Shown here: piece after piece, positions 42,252-51,745 of the stretch
Layout of the letters: every line of letters begins with the position of its first letter
Numbering within the stretch: position 1 is the first letter of the stretch
Source: Patescibacteria group bacterium
GTDB lineage: Bacteria; Patescibacteriota; Gracilibacteria; Peribacterales; Peribacteraceae
Length of the DNA stretch: 64,000 bases
Assembly: GCA_023263945.1 (NCBI GenBank)
Contig: JALQTW010000003.1
Coordinates: 45,202-109,201, forward strand
Direction: 5' to 3'
Translations under genes and position numbers: made by a program
Notes under the pieces: generated by a model
Told to the model about the DNA's origin: nothing
Database searches by the model: none
Seen by the model: the letters and a program-made list of their open reading frames with translations, nothing else

Positions 42252-42686
42252 TTACACCAAAGTGACGGAGCCACCTGCGGATTCAATGGCAGTCTTCGCA
42301 CTCTTGGAGACAGCGTGCACCGTGAGTGCAAACTTTTTCGTGACCTTTCCGCGGCCCAGGAGTTTTACAGGTTTATTCGTCTTTACTACTTTTGCCCTCT
42401 TCAGAGAAGAAGCATCGTATGAACCCGCTTCCAACGTTTCAAGAACATCAAGGTTGAGTGGCTCACATTCAATGCGGTTAGGATTCAAGAATCCTCCCAA
42501 TTTTGGCTGACGACGAATGAGCGGTGTTTGACCTCCTTCAAAGCCAAGTCTGCGTCCTTTTCCAGCACGAGACTGTTGACCTTTTGTTCCACGACCACCG
42601 GTTGTTCCGCCGCCTGCAGCATTGCCGCGTGCGACGCGCTTTTTTCGGTGCGTAGAGCCGGAATAAGGCTTTAATGTATGAAGCAT
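42252..42686 (-). CDS. rplO: 50S ribosomal protein L15
   Basis: GRGTKGQ, FEGGQTPL, KLLG.G. Confidence 0.96.
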   Translation of the reverse strand: MLHTLKPYSGSTHRKKRVARGNAAGGGTTGGRGTKGQQSRAGKGRRLGFEGGQTPLIRRQPKLGGFLNPNRIECEPLNLDVLETLEAGSYDASSLKRAKVVKTNKPVKLLGRGKVTKKFALTVHAVSKSAKTAIESAGGSVTLV

Positions 42687-42698
42687 AAGAGCCGAAAG

Positions 42699-42727
42699 AG
42701 AGTACTGGGAAACAGAAAGGATGTAAA
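42699..42727 (-). promoter_or_regulatory. Promoter re-starting the operon at rplO
   Basis: TTTACA-17 nt-TACTCT, 12 nt before the rplO ATG. Confidence 0.6.
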
Positions 42728-42734
42728 GGGCGTC

Positions 42735-42763
42735 TTGACGCCATAAAAGGACCGTCCTACAGT
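42735..42763 (+). promoter_or_regulatory. Divergent sigma70-like promoter
   Basis: TTGACG-17 nt-TACAGT. Confidence 0.6.
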
Positions 42764-42921
42764 GCCGCTCGGATGCATCGTTCGTTGCTTCTTAGCGCTC
42801 TCCTGAGCCTCCTCCTTACGGCGGAAGGCAGGTCGCGCGCGTGATGCAGTAACTTCATCACAAGCCGAGCCTCCCTTCCAAGCGAGGTGCGGGATTTTTT
42901 TATTCTTTTCTCTTTCTTTCT

Positions 42922-43203
42922 ATGTCACCTCTCGACCGTTCAAGATTTCCAGCAGATTGTCAGGAACTTTCCGATGATGCTTTATATCGCATTGAAATTA
43001 GTGGCCTGACAGGATCAATAGCCGATCTCTCTCGAAACATTGAGAATCCTGCGGTATTAGAGGAAGTTGTAGCAAAATTAAGAGGAGCACTTGCTTTCAT
43101 GGAAGGGCCTTCTTCTGAACCTGATGAAGTAGGTATCAATAGTTGGGAAATCGACCCAGATGCTCGCCGTGAAGTGGCTGCAGTATTGAATCCATCATCA
43201 TAA
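42922..43203 (+). CDS. Small acidic hypothetical protein, opposite strand to the ribosomal operon
   Basis: 93-aa ORF with pyrimidine-rich pre-ATG tract, followed by a hairpin. Confidence 0.55.
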   Translation: MSPLDRSRFPADCQELSDDALYRIEISGLTGSIADLSRNIENPAVLEEVVAKLRGALAFMEGPSSEPDEVGINSWEIDPDARREVAAVLNPSS

Positions 43204-43236
43204 ATCCCCCGGACCGCACGCGGCGGCTGGGGGATT
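43204..43236. terminator. Hairpin between convergent small ORFs
   Basis: atcccccgg...ctgggggat. Confidence 0.45.
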
Positions 43237-43262
43237 CGGATCGATCAGTTGGCATCCGTGCC

Positions 43263-43475
43263 TTACTTTAGGCTGTTGCCTTCATGAACGTTCTTGAGGG
43301 AATGACCGTAAATTTCCCTCTGTATACATGGCGCTTTCCGCCCATTCTGATGACCAAGCAATTCGCATTTTGCTCGATCACGCGAGCAATGGCACCATTG
43401 GCCAATCTCACTAAACGTTTTCTGAGCATTGCATCCTCCAACTGATCTGTATTCTGTCTCCTTATGTGGATCCAC
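43263..43475 (-). CDS. Possible small Cys-rich protein
   Basis: 70-aa ORF with 5 Cys; GTG start; weak support. Confidence 0.3.
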   Translation of the reverse strand: MDPHKETEYRSVGGCNAQKTFSEIGQWCHCSRDRAKCELLGHQNGRKAPCIQREIYGHSLKNVHEGNSLK

Positions 43476-43711
43476 TACATAAGTGGTAAAGACAGATCTC
43501 TGGAGGATGAGAGGTGGTGTGAAAGATCAAACAAAAACGTCCTTCCGGGGAGCGGGAGGGCGGGTATATGCTTCTTGATTCTTTTCTCTTTACTTCTTAT
43601 ACGCATATACAGCCCGGCCGCTCCACTTATTCATGGAGTTCGTACGGACGTAGATAAACGTACAAGTATGCATCTGCGAATAGAGTAAGGAGATTCTTTC
43701 TTGCTTGTCAA

Positions 43712-44218
43712 TCATTTTGCCAACACTTTTCCAAACTCCTCCGCAGCCTTCGGTCCATTTGCGGTAACAATTATCCCATCAACGGTGACAGGTTCTCCTG
43801 TATACATTGCTCCATTCTCAATCAAGATCTGATCGGTCTGGTTATCTTCATTCCACACGGTCGCTCTTTTACCTCGGAGCACGCCTGCTTTGGCAAGGAT
43901 CGTCGGTGCGATGCAGATGGCACCTAACACTTTCCCTGCCTTCACCGTTTCCTGTGCAATGCGATGCGCATCAGGATTATCCATCAACTCTCGTGCACCA
44001 GGTCCGCCGATAAACGCGATGCGATCGAACTCGTCCACAACGACGTCTCGCAATGCGATGGTTGCCTCTACCTCTCCTCCAAATTTTCCAACACACGTTC
44101 CTTTTTCTGTGCTTGCTACTCGTACCTCGTAACTCGAGCCTCGTAACCCGTTCACCGTTCCCTCAAACTCATGATCTTGAAATCCCCTGTGTGCGATAAT
44201 CACCAGCACTTTTTTCAT
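43712..44218 (-). CDS. DJ-1/PfpI family protein
   Basis: FQDHE, FIGGPG, GAICIAP, LRGKRAT, IVTANGP. Confidence 0.92.
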   Translation of the reverse strand: MKKVLVIIAHRGFQDHEFEGTVNGLRGSSYEVRVASTEKGTCVGKFGGEVEATIALRDVVVDEFDRIAFIGGPGARELMDNPDAHRIAQETVKAGKVLGAICIAPTILAKAGVLRGKRATVWNEDNQTDQILIENGAMYTGEPVTVDGIIVTANGPKAAEEFGKVLAK

Positions 44219-44242
44219 AACGAAGCGATTATACAGGATTGC

Positions 44243-44863
44243 TTACTCACTCAATGCTCCCTTCGATTTCTCCTCTGCTTCTTTGCGGCTGATCATTTTC
44301 ACATTCGTGTTCATCTCTTCTTTCTTTTCCTCCTTCTTAGGAGCTTCATCCAGCGTCACCATTCCCTTTGGCTGCTTGAGAGCCTTGAGAGCGAGTATGG
44401 CTGCCTGAGCATTGACGAGCTTGTTCTTGGTACCAAAGCGCTTGCTGAGAACATCTTTCACACCGGCAAGATCCAGAATTACACGGAGAGCACCACCGGC
44501 AATGACTCCCGTACCGGCAGAAGCAGGGAGCAGACGGAGACGCGCTGCTTTGTACTTCACGTTTACTTCGTGCGGAATCGTGCCATCACGAACAATTGGT
44601 ACGCGTATCATGGCACGCTTTGCGTCCCTAGCAGCTTTCTGCACAGCCTGCTGCACTTCACCGGCCTTTCCTGTTCCAATGCCTACCTTTCCTTTACGGT
44701 TTCCAACGACGACCACAGCGCGGAAGCGCATACGGCGTCCACCTTTCACCACACGCGTCACACGATCCAGCGCGAGCGTTGTCTCTTCGTATTCCTTCGG
44801 TTCGCGTCGCTGATCACTGCGACGGTCACGCTTGCGGTCTGGCTTGGAGGTTTTTGCAGTCAT
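44243..44863 (-). CDS. rpsE: 30S ribosomal protein S5
   Basis: RVTRVVKGGR, TIPHEV, GTGVIAGG. Confidence 0.97.
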   Translation of the reverse strand: MTAKTSKPDRKRDRRSDQRREPKEYEETTLALDRVTRVVKGGRRMRFRAVVVVGNRKGKVGIGTGKAGEVQQAVQKAARDAKRAMIRVPIVRDGTIPHEVNVKYKAARLRLLPASAGTGVIAGGALRVILDLAGVKDVLSKRFGTKNKLVNAQAAILALKALKQPKGMVTLDEAPKKEEKKEEMNTNVKMISRKEAEEKSKGALSE

Positions 44864-44872
44864 AGAAGAAAA

Positions 44873-45157
44873 TTATGGGAGTTTATCGGCACCTTCGCGA
44901 AGATGAATTTCTTGAGGATCGGTCACCACCTCCACTTTCTCTGCAGCGATCTTAATATGATGTACGTCACCGCTTGTATGATCCGGAAGAGAAAGATTTG
45001 CGACACCACTATCAATCGAGCCGTCAAAACGAGTGTCAGTGGTTAATGGAATCGCATTGCCAATTTGCTTGCGAATCTCATCGAGCGCATAAGATTGTAC
45101 ATAGAACGCAACAGCGATTGGCTGTCTATTCATCGATGAAGAAGGCATTGTTTCCAT
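44873..45157 (-). CDS. Hypothetical protein inserted between rplR and rpsE
   Basis: 94-aa ORF, 3 nt after the rplR stop, 9 nt before rpsE. Confidence 0.6.
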   Translation of the reverse strand: METMPSSSMNRQPIAVAFYVQSYALDEIRKQIGNAIPLTTDTRFDGSIDSGVANLSLPDHTSGDVHHIKIAAEKVEVVTDPQEIHLREGADKLP

Positions 45158-45160
45158 AGA

Positions 45161-45508
45161 CTAAAATTGTAATCCGCCTTCCCGGGCGGCGTCGGCGAGC
45201 GCTTTGATGCGCCCGTGATACTTGCGACCGTTTCGGTCGAACACGACCGTGGTCACCTTTGCGTCTTTTGCTTTCCTTGCAAGAAGTTCACCTACCTTCT
45301 TGGCAGCATCCATCCCCTTGCCTTTTGCTTTTGCCTCGACGGAGGATGCGCTCACAATGGTCAGTCCTTTTTCATCGTTAATCATCTGCGCAGAGATGCG
45401 CGTGAGGGAACAGTACACCGTCAGGCGTGGACGCTCGGCGGTACCGTTCACTTTCGCGCGGATGCGCTTCTTTCGAATCTGCCGACGATGAGAGAGGGAA
45501 GAAGACAT
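45161..45508 (-). CDS. rplR: 50S ribosomal protein L18
   Basis: GTAERPRL, VVFDRNG, YHGRIKALADAARE. Confidence 0.96.
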   Translation of the reverse strand: MSSSLSHRRQIRKKRIRAKVNGTAERPRLTVYCSLTRISAQMINDEKGLTIVSASSVEAKAKGKGMDAAKKVGELLARKAKDAKVTTVVFDRNGRKYHGRIKALADAAREGGLQF

Positions 45509-45511
45509 AGA

Positions 45512-46069
45512 TTATGCAGCAGCTTTGGCAACAGCAGCCTTTCCTGGCTTGCGTCGTACATGTTCATCACTGTAGCGGATTCCTTTTCCTTTGTAGGGCT
45601 CTGGCTTTCTGAATTCGCGGATGTTTGCAGCAGTCTGACCGACAAGCTGTTTATCGATCCCCTTCACCGTAATGAAGGCCTTGTTCTTTTCATCTTGTAC
45701 GATTTCGATGCCGGCGGGGATGGGGAAGTCCACAGGATGGGAAAAGCCGAGGCTCAGGTTGAGAACCTTTCCTTTCACCTGTGCTTTGTAGCCTACTCCG
45801 ATGATCTCCAGTTTCTTTTCGTATCCTTCAGAAACACCCTTCACCATATTGGCGAGGAGGCTTCTGATGAGCCCGTGACGTGCACGTGCTTCATCCGTAT
45901 CTGCATTGCGTGTCACGGTGACATTGTTCTCTTTCACTTCAACACCTACTTCTGGAAGAAGCATCAGAGTGAGCTCACCTTTGGAACCCTTCACATGCAC
46001 GTTCGTGTCCTTCACTTCAACGGTGACACCAGAAGGAATGCCGATGGGTTTTTTTCCAATGCGCGACAT
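45512..46069 (-). CDS. rplF: 50S ribosomal protein L6
   Basis: MSRIGKKP, LGFSHP, PEPYKGKGI. Confidence 0.97.
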   Translation of the reverse strand: MSRIGKKPIGIPSGVTVEVKDTNVHVKGSKGELTLMLLPEVGVEVKENNVTVTRNADTDEARARHGLIRSLLANMVKGVSEGYEKKLEIIGVGYKAQVKGKVLNLSLGFSHPVDFPIPAGIEIVQDEKNKAFITVKGIDKQLVGQTAANIREFRKPEPYKGKGIRYSDEHVRRKPGKAAVAKAAA

Positions 46070-46070
46070 G

Positions 46071-46454
46071 TTAAGAGACAGTACAGAGAATTTCACCACC
46101 CACCTTCTTTGCACGAGCTTCGGTATCTGTAAGAAGACCAGAGCTTGTAGAGAGGATAGCCATGCCAAATCCGCTGAGGACCGGCTTCGTTTGTGACGTG
46201 TTAAGATAACGCCGTCGGCCGGGAGCACTCTCGCGCTTTACAGTCAGCGTACGTCCTGGGACGAACGTCACCGTGATCATTTCTTTTGGCTTTGCTCCGC
46301 TCACTTCCACATTTTCCAAGTACCCTTCACGCTTCATGAGTTCGCAGATGCTTTGTTTGATCGTAGACCACGAGAACGTGCACGAGTCATGACGCGCGTG
46401 TTGCGCGTTTCGCATGCGTGTGAGCATATCGCCGATGGGGTCTGTAACTGGCAT
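46071..46454 (-). CDS. rpsH: 30S ribosomal protein S8
   Basis: DPIGDMLTRMRNA, ILSTSSG, VGGE. Confidence 0.96.
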   Translation of the reverse strand: MPVTDPIGDMLTRMRNAQHARHDSCTFSWSTIKQSICELMKREGYLENVEVSGAKPKEMITVTFVPGRTLTVKRESAPGRRRYLNTSQTKPVLSGFGMAILSTSSGLLTDTEARAKKVGGEILCTVS

Positions 46455-46465
46455 AAGAGAGAAAA

Positions 46466-46690
46466 TTACCAAGAAGATTTTCGGACACCCGGAATCTCAC
46501 CTTTGTTTGCAAGTTCACGGAAGCAAATGCGGCAGATGCCGAAGAAGCGCATATAGCCGTGGCGGCGTCCGCAGAGTTGGCAGCGGTTATAGACACGCGT
46601 CGCCATCTCAGGATGGCGTCCTTCGGCCTTTGCCTTGCGGTAAGCGGTCATCCGCTTCTTCTGGCTGTTGAGGAGTGCGCGTCGTGTCAT
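46466..46690 (-). CDS. rpsN: 30S ribosomal protein S14, zinc-binding type
   Basis: NRCQLCGR...ICRICFRE...PGVRKSSW. Confidence 0.95.
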   Translation of the reverse strand: MTRRALLNSQKKRMTAYRKAKAEGRHPEMATRVYNRCQLCGRRHGYMRFFGICRICFRELANKGEIPGVRKSSW

Positions 46691-46720
46691 GAAAAGAAAA
46701 AGAGTAGGGAGGATACAGGA

Positions 46721-47293
46721 TTACGCTTTGGATTCAACTTTTCGGTCTCGTTTAAAGGGGAACCCAACCTGTTTGAGAAGCGCGAGCGCTTCTGCATCGG
46801 TCTTGGCTGTTGTAGAAATTTGGACCTGCATGCCGAAGATTTTGCTTGCCTCCGGAGCAGGAAGTTCCGGAAAGATGGATTGATCGCGAACACCAATGGA
46901 ATAATTCCCGTGACCATCCATGGTTGTTGCAAGTCCGCGGAAGTCACGCACGCGGGGAAGAGCGTAGCCCACCAAACGATCTAAGAACTGGTACATGTGT
47001 TTGCCACGAAGTGTGACCGCCATTCCCACCACCATGTTCTCGCGAATTCCGAAGTTCGCAACAGACTTGCGTGCCTTCCTCACACTCGGTCTTTGACCGG
47101 TGATGGTGGCAACGGAGTCTGCAATGAACTGCTGAATTTCCTTGGAGTTGTACTTTCTTTGATTCAATCCGACGTTCACTGTCACACGCGTAATACGTGG
47201 AAGGGCATGCACATTCTTCACGGAGAGCTCTTTTTTGAGCGCTTCTGTAATAGGTCCCTTGAGCCGTTGTTGGAGTGGAGTAAAGGTAGCCAT
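46721..47293 (-). CDS. rplE: 50S ribosomal protein L5
   Basis: ITGQRP, VTLRG, LPRVRDFRG, IFPE. Confidence 0.97.
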   Translation of the reverse strand: MATFTPLQQRLKGPITEALKKELSVKNVHALPRITRVTVNVGLNQRKYNSKEIQQFIADSVATITGQRPSVRKARKSVANFGIRENMVVGMAVTLRGKHMYQFLDRLVGYALPRVRDFRGLATTMDGHGNYSIGVRDQSIFPELPAPEASKIFGMQVQISTTAKTDAEALALLKQVGFPFKRDRKVESKA

Positions 47294-47296
47294 AGA

Positions 47297-47884
47297 TTAG
47301 GAACCGCGGGAACCGGCACGAGACTGACTTTGTGTAGGACCAGGCTTGGGAGCATTTTCAACACCCGGAACATCATGTCCTGTAGGATCTTCACTGTGAG
47401 GGAGGGCATCACTGCCAAAGCCCATTTTCTTCCAGAATGGAGATTTCTTGGGGGAGGGCGAAGAATCCGAGGATTTCGAGGAAGACGAGGATGTTTCTTT
47501 TATCGTACTCTTCGCTTTCTTTGTTTCCTTAGCTTCCTGAGCTTCCTTCGAATCCTTAGCTTCCTTGGGCAAGGCCGATCGTCCAAGCACTGCGCCCGTC
47601 GTCTTTGCAATACGGACCTTCTTTCCTTTTTCATCAATCTTCATCCCCACACGTGTCGGTTTGCCTTTTGCATCTAACAGCATCACATTGCTTGCATGAA
47701 TGCTTGCTTCAAAGTGCAAACGTTGACCTGCTGATTGCGGTGTTTTCTTCACATGTTTTGTACGCATGTTAATGCCCCCAATCACAAGGCGGTTTTTTTC
47801 CGTGAGAACTTTCAGGACCGTGCCCTTCTTGCCACGGTCTTTGCCGCTGATAACCAGGACGGAGTCGCCCTTATAAATTTTCAT
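47297..47884 (-). CDS. rplX: 50S ribosomal protein L24 with long C-terminal extension
   Basis: [23 protein letters not shown]; about 90 extra residues. Confidence 0.95.
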   Translation of the reverse strand: MKIYKGDSVLVISGKDRGKKGTVLKVLTEKNRLVIGGINMRTKHVKKTPQSAGQRLHFEASIHASNVMLLDAKGKPTRVGMKIDEKGKKVRIAKTTGAVLGRSALPKEAKDSKEAQEAKETKKAKSTIKETSSSSSKSSDSSPSPKKSPFWKKMGFGSDALPHSEDPTGHDVPGVENAPKPGPTQSQSRAGSRGS

Positions 47885-48249
47885 AAGACGTCAGGAGCTT
47901 GAGAAATAATTTTTTGGAATCCCGCAACGCGCACTTCGCGGGCAACGGGGCCGAAAACACGTGTACCTTTGGGTTCCTTGTTGCCGTCGATAATGACGCA
48001 TGCATTGTCATCGAACCGGACAGCAGAACCGTCTTTACGGCGAATCATGGATTTTGTGCGGACAATCACAGCGCGCTCCACAGCTTTCTTCTTTACGGTT
48101 CCACGGGGTGCTGCTTCCTTGACCGCAATCACAATTACATCCCCCGCATTCGCATAGCGACGCTTGCTTCCACCCAGCACTTTGATGCACATACAGGACT
48201 TTGCACCCGTGTTGTCGGTCACGTTGAGGATGGTTTGCGCCTGAATCAT
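47881..48249 (-). CDS. rplN: 50S ribosomal protein L14
   Basis: [29 protein letters not shown]. Confidence 0.97.
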   Translation of the reverse strand: MIQAQTILNVTDNTGAKSCMCIKVLGGSKRRYANAGDVIVIAVKEAAPRGTVKKKAVERAVIVRTKSMIRRKDGSAVRFDDNACVIIDGNKEPKGTRVFGPVAREVRVAGFQKIISQAPDVL

Positions 48250-48578
48250 GATTGAGGTGAGGAATCTTTCTTTGCTGCGTCACGATCACGGTGATCGCGC
48301 TGAAGTGCTGGATCAATATCATCTGCCATCGCGGAAACACGAGGAGCCTGCTTCACGATGTCTGTCACTTTGAATCTCTTTCTCTTACTCAGTGGTCGGC
48401 ATTCCGTAATGATCACTTCATCACCAATGCCCAAGTTGTGACCATTCGTATCCGCAAGGAATTTCTTGCTCACGCGGAAACGCTTGCTGTACATGGGGTG
48501 CAACACGGCGCGGTGCACCGTCACAGTGACTGTGTTCTGCATGCTTGCCGAGGTGATGACGCCTTGTTTGGTTCTCAT
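48246..48578 (-). CDS. rpsQ: 30S ribosomal protein S17
   Basis: [21 protein letters not shown]. Confidence 0.95.
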   Translation of the reverse strand: MRTKQGVITSASMQNTVTVTVHRAVLHPMYSKRFRVSKKFLADTNGHNLGIGDEVIITECRPLSKRKRFKVTDIVKQAPRVSAMADDIDPALQRDHRDRDAAKKDSSPQS

Positions 48579-48910
48579 AGGGAAGTTTTCGAAGAAGACG
48601 AGGAGGACGAGGAGTTCGAGGTGGACGATTTTTTCTTCGTATTCGTCGTCTTCTTTGTACTCTTCGTTTTCTTTTCTGGGGCCGGCAGTGTAGCGTCCTG
48701 GCCGTTTTGCTTCAATCCTTTTCGCATCTCTTCTTCCACCGTACGCATGCGTGCAATCTCGCGGCGAAGTACACGGAGCTGAGCATGGTTCTTTTCCTTT
48801 CCAAGCTCAATGCCCAGACGGATTTTTCCTGCCTCGCTCTGCTTCATGGCTATCTCCCGCTTTAGTTCAGCAGGCAGCATTTTCCGGAGTTCAGAGAGGA
48901 CGATACTCAT
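48575..48910 (-). CDS. rpmC: 50S ribosomal protein L29 with K/S-rich tail
   Basis: [14 protein letters not shown]; position between rplP and rpsQ. Confidence 0.9.
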   Translation of the reverse strand: MSIVLSELRKMLPAELKREIAMKQSEAGKIRLGIELGKEKNHAQLRVLRREIARMRTVEEEMRKGLKQNGQDATLPAPEKKTKSTKKTTNTKKKSSTSNSSSSSSSSKTSL

Positions 48911-49332
48911 GATTGGTGGTGAAGGCTTTTGACAAATTTGGTACGAACAGGAAGCTTGTGAGCAGCAAGGCGCAGTGCCTCACGCGCTGTTTCTTCAGAA
49001 AGACCGGCCATCTCAAAAATCATCGTGCCTGGGTACACTTCTGCAGCATAAAATTCGATCGCTCCTTTTCCGGCTCCCATCGGCACCTCTGGAGATTTTC
49101 GGGAGATTGCTTTTTGCGGGAAGATGCGAATCCAGATTTTTCCACCACGTTGTACGGAACGCGTCATGGCACGGCGTGCTGCTTCCAGTTGACGTGCGGT
49201 AATGTCCCCTGCTGTTTGCGACTTGAGACCAAACGTTCCAAAGGCCAGCGTTGCGCCTTTCTGGGCTTTACCCTTGAGGTTGCCGCGCATGCGGTGCTGC
49301 TTCCGGTATTTGGTGCGTGCTGGTTGCAACAT
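48907..49332 (-). CDS. rplP: 50S ribosomal protein L16
   Basis: MLQP, KYRKQHR, IWIRIFP, MGAGKG, HKLP. Confidence 0.97.
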   Translation of the reverse strand: MLQPARTKYRKQHRMRGNLKGKAQKGATLAFGTFGLKSQTAGDITARQLEAARRAMTRSVQRGGKIWIRIFPQKAISRKSPEVPMGAGKGAIEFYAAEVYPGTMIFEMAGLSEETAREALRLAAHKLPVRTKFVKSLHHQS

Positions 49333-49334
49333 GA

Positions 49335-50009
49335 TTATTGAGAGGAGAGAGAAGTCATAGCGGACGATTGCACTTCCTGAACTTTCTTGAAGACCATTCC
49401 TTTATAGATCCACACCTGCACACCGATTGTTCCATATGTGGTGCGTGCATGGCGCACGGCAAACTGCACGTTTGCACGAAGAGTCTGCAAAGGAATGTTC
49501 CCGTCTTTGAATGTCTCATTACGTGCAATTTCTGCACCGTTCAAACGTCCTGCAACGCGGATTTTGATTCCGATTGCGCCGGACTGCATGGCCTTTTCCA
49601 GTGCCATCTTGCAGGCACGACGATATGGCATGCGGCGCTCAATCTGACGCTGAATATTTTCTGCAATGTTCTCTGCATCGCTGTCTGGCGTGCGGATTTC
49701 CTGCACGTTCACATCGAACGAACCACCGAAACGCTTTTCAAGATCTTTCCGCAGTTCCTCAATCTGGGCACCTTGCTTACCAATAATGACACCGGGCTTA
49801 CTTGAGTGAATGAGCACAGAGACCTTTTTGCCACGTTCGATATCGATAGAACTAATCCCTGCGTCACCCAGTTTTTTGACCAGGTACCGGCGGATGTTCA
49901 CATCAGCCAGGAAATTTTCGCGGTATTTGCCTTTCACAGCAAACCACGTAGAGTTCCAGGTTTTAATGAACCCAAGTCGGAAGCCGGTAGGATGAACTTT
50001 TTGTCCCAT
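49335..50009 (-). CDS. rpsC: 30S ribosomal protein S3
   Basis: [37 protein letters not shown]. Confidence 0.97.
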   Translation of the reverse strand: MGQKVHPTGFRLGFIKTWNSTWFAVKGKYRENFLADVNIRRYLVKKLGDAGISSIDIERGKKVSVLIHSSKPGVIIGKQGAQIEELRKDLEKRFGGSFDVNVQEIRTPDSDAENIAENIQRQIERRMPYRRACKMALEKAMQSGAIGIKIRVAGRLNGAEIARNETFKDGNIPLQTLRANVQFAVRHARTTYGTIGVQVWIYKGMVFKKVQEVQSSAMTSLSSQ

Positions 50010-50012
50010 AAG

Positions 50013-50453
50013 TTAGGAAGCAGGTGAGGAAGCTTTGGTCGTTTTTGATGGAGATTTTGGGGAAGCTTTTGAAGACGATTCTTTCTTCTCATTCTTCGGA
50101 GTCTTCATTTTCTTCGGTGCCTTCTCTTCTTTCAAACCAAGTTGCACTTCAATGTGACAGAGGAATTTCTTAATCGGTCGTACGCGTCCACGTGCCATAG
50201 GAACACCACGGCGGTAGGCCTGTCCTTGATTCACAATAACGGTCTTCACAATGAGCGATTGAGGATCTTGCTTGAGGTTATGACTTGCATTCGCCATAGC
50301 AGACTTGAGAACTGCTTCTAACATGCGAGCGCTCTTCTTGTGTGTCTTGGAGAGCAGCGTAATGGCATCCGGCACAGGCATGCCACGGACCATTCTGGCC
50401 ATAAGATTGGCCTTTTTAGGAGCAAGCCGGCAGGAGCGATGTAGTGCGTACAT
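50013..50453 (-). CDS. rplV: 50S ribosomal protein L22
   Basis: APKKA, LKSAMANA, PMARGR; K/S-rich tail. Confidence 0.95.
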   Translation of the reverse strand: MYALHRSCRLAPKKANLMARMVRGMPVPDAITLLSKTHKKSARMLEAVLKSAMANASHNLKQDPQSLIVKTVIVNQGQAYRRGVPMARGRVRPIKKFLCHIEVQLGLKEEKAPKKMKTPKNEKKESSSKASPKSPSKTTKASSPAS

Positions 50454-50456
50454 AGA

Positions 50457-50774
50457 TTATTTTTTAGGAGCAGCGGGAGAGGGTTGAGGGGAGGGCGAAG
50501 CCTCGGGCTTCGCATTCTTCCCACCGTGCACTTTGAACTTGGTTGTCCATGAGAATTCCCCCAAGCGATGACCCACCATTTGTTCTGTCACATACACAGG
50601 CGTGAATTCTTTTCCGTTGTGAACAGCGAACGTGAAGCCCACGAACTCCGGAGGAATCATGCAGTCACGCGCCCACGTCTTCAGGATTTTTTTCTCCTGC
50701 TTTTCAATCATCGCGACGACTTTTTTCAGGAGTCGTTCGTCTATCTGTGGGCCTTTTTTGAGTGAGCGTGACAT
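50457..50774 (-). CDS. rpsS: 30S ribosomal protein S19
   Basis: [21 protein letters not shown]. Confidence 0.97.
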   Translation of the reverse strand: MSRSLKKGPQIDERLLKKVVAMIEKQEKKILKTWARDCMIPPEFVGFTFAVHNGKEFTPVYVTEQMVGHRLGEFSWTTKFKVHGGKNAKPEASPSPQPSPAAPKK

Positions 50775-50816
50775 AAAGAGAGGAGTGAGAGCTGGATGCT
50801 TCCAGCGGTAGATCGT

Positions 50817-50873
50817 CTAGATCGTCATGAGAATGAGCGCGAGGGCGATGAAGGGAAGAATGAGTTTATACAT
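50817..50873 (-). CDS. Candidate 18-aa hydrophobic micropeptide
   Basis: MYKLILPFIALALILMTI-stop between rplB and rpsS, preceded by a pyrimidine tract like neighbouring genes. Confidence 0.4.
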   Translation of the reverse strand: MYKLILPFIALALILMTI

Positions 50874-50900
50874 AGGAAAACGTGAAAGAAAGGAGGTTGA

Positions 50901-51743
50901 TTACTTTTTCTTTCGCAGACGTCTGCGGATAATAAGGGAAGAAGAACGGTTCTTTCGTTTGCGTGTTTTAACCCCCAGAGCAGGCTTTCCCCATGGCGTC
51001 TTTGGTCGCTTGAGACCAATAGGTGAGTGACCTTCTCCACCTCCGTGCGGGTGATCCACCGCGTTCATAGACTTACCAAGAACCTGAGGACGACGACCCA
51101 TCCAGCGAATGCGTCCTGCTTTTCCAATGGTGATGAGGTGATGGTCAATGTTGCTGACAGTGCCGATCGATGCAAAACATTCACGGCGGATCTTACGCAT
51201 TTCTCCACTTGGAAGCTGAATGATGGCATGAAGACCATCAAGACCTACAAGCGTTGCCGTTGTTCCTGCAGAGCGAACAATCTGTCCGCCTTTGCCCATC
51301 TGCATTTCAATATTGAAGATTTTGAAACCAACGGGGATGTGTTCCAGACGCATGCGGTTTCCAGGCTTTACCTTGGTGCGATGTGCACACACAACTTGAT
51401 CCCCTACTTTGAGACCATCTGCCGCAAGAATGTAGCGCTTGTCACCATCGGCGTAATGGACGAGGGCAAGGCGAGCAGAGCGGTTGGGGTCGTACTCAAT
51501 AGCTTTCACGGTGCCCGGAACACCAAGCTTGTCGATCTGTTTGAAGTCGACGATTCGTAGTAAACGCTTATGTCCTCCACCACGGTGACGCACCGTCACG
51601 CGACCTAAGTTGTTGCGACCGGAGATGCGTTGTTTGCCCATGGTCAGCCTCTTTTCAGGACGCTTCTTCGTAAGTTCACTAAAATCCGCGATCGTCATTT
51701 GACGTCTTCCAGGGGTCGTTGGTTTTTGCTGGCGGACTGGCAT
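50901..51743 (-). CDS. rplB: 50S ribosomal protein L2
   Basis: GRNNLG, HRGGGHK, EYDPNR, DHPHGGGEG. Confidence 0.98.
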   Translation of the reverse strand: MPVRQQKPTTPGRRQMTIADFSELTKKRPEKRLTMGKQRISGRNNLGRVTVRHRGGGHKRLLRIVDFKQIDKLGVPGTVKAIEYDPNRSARLALVHYADGDKRYILAADGLKVGDQVVCAHRTKVKPGNRMRLEHIPVGFKIFNIEMQMGKGGQIVRSAGTTATLVGLDGLHAIIQLPSGEMRKIRRECFASIGTVSNIDHHLITIGKAGRIRWMGRRPQVLGKSMNAVDHPHGGGEGHSPIGLKRPKTPWGKPALGVKTRKRKNRSSSLIIRRRLRKKK

Positions 51744-51745
51744 GG

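Noticed and set aside
42764-42921. SRP RNA, tmRNA or RNase P RNA
   Set aside because: The hallmark motifs of these RNAs were not found; kept only as an unassigned candidate.
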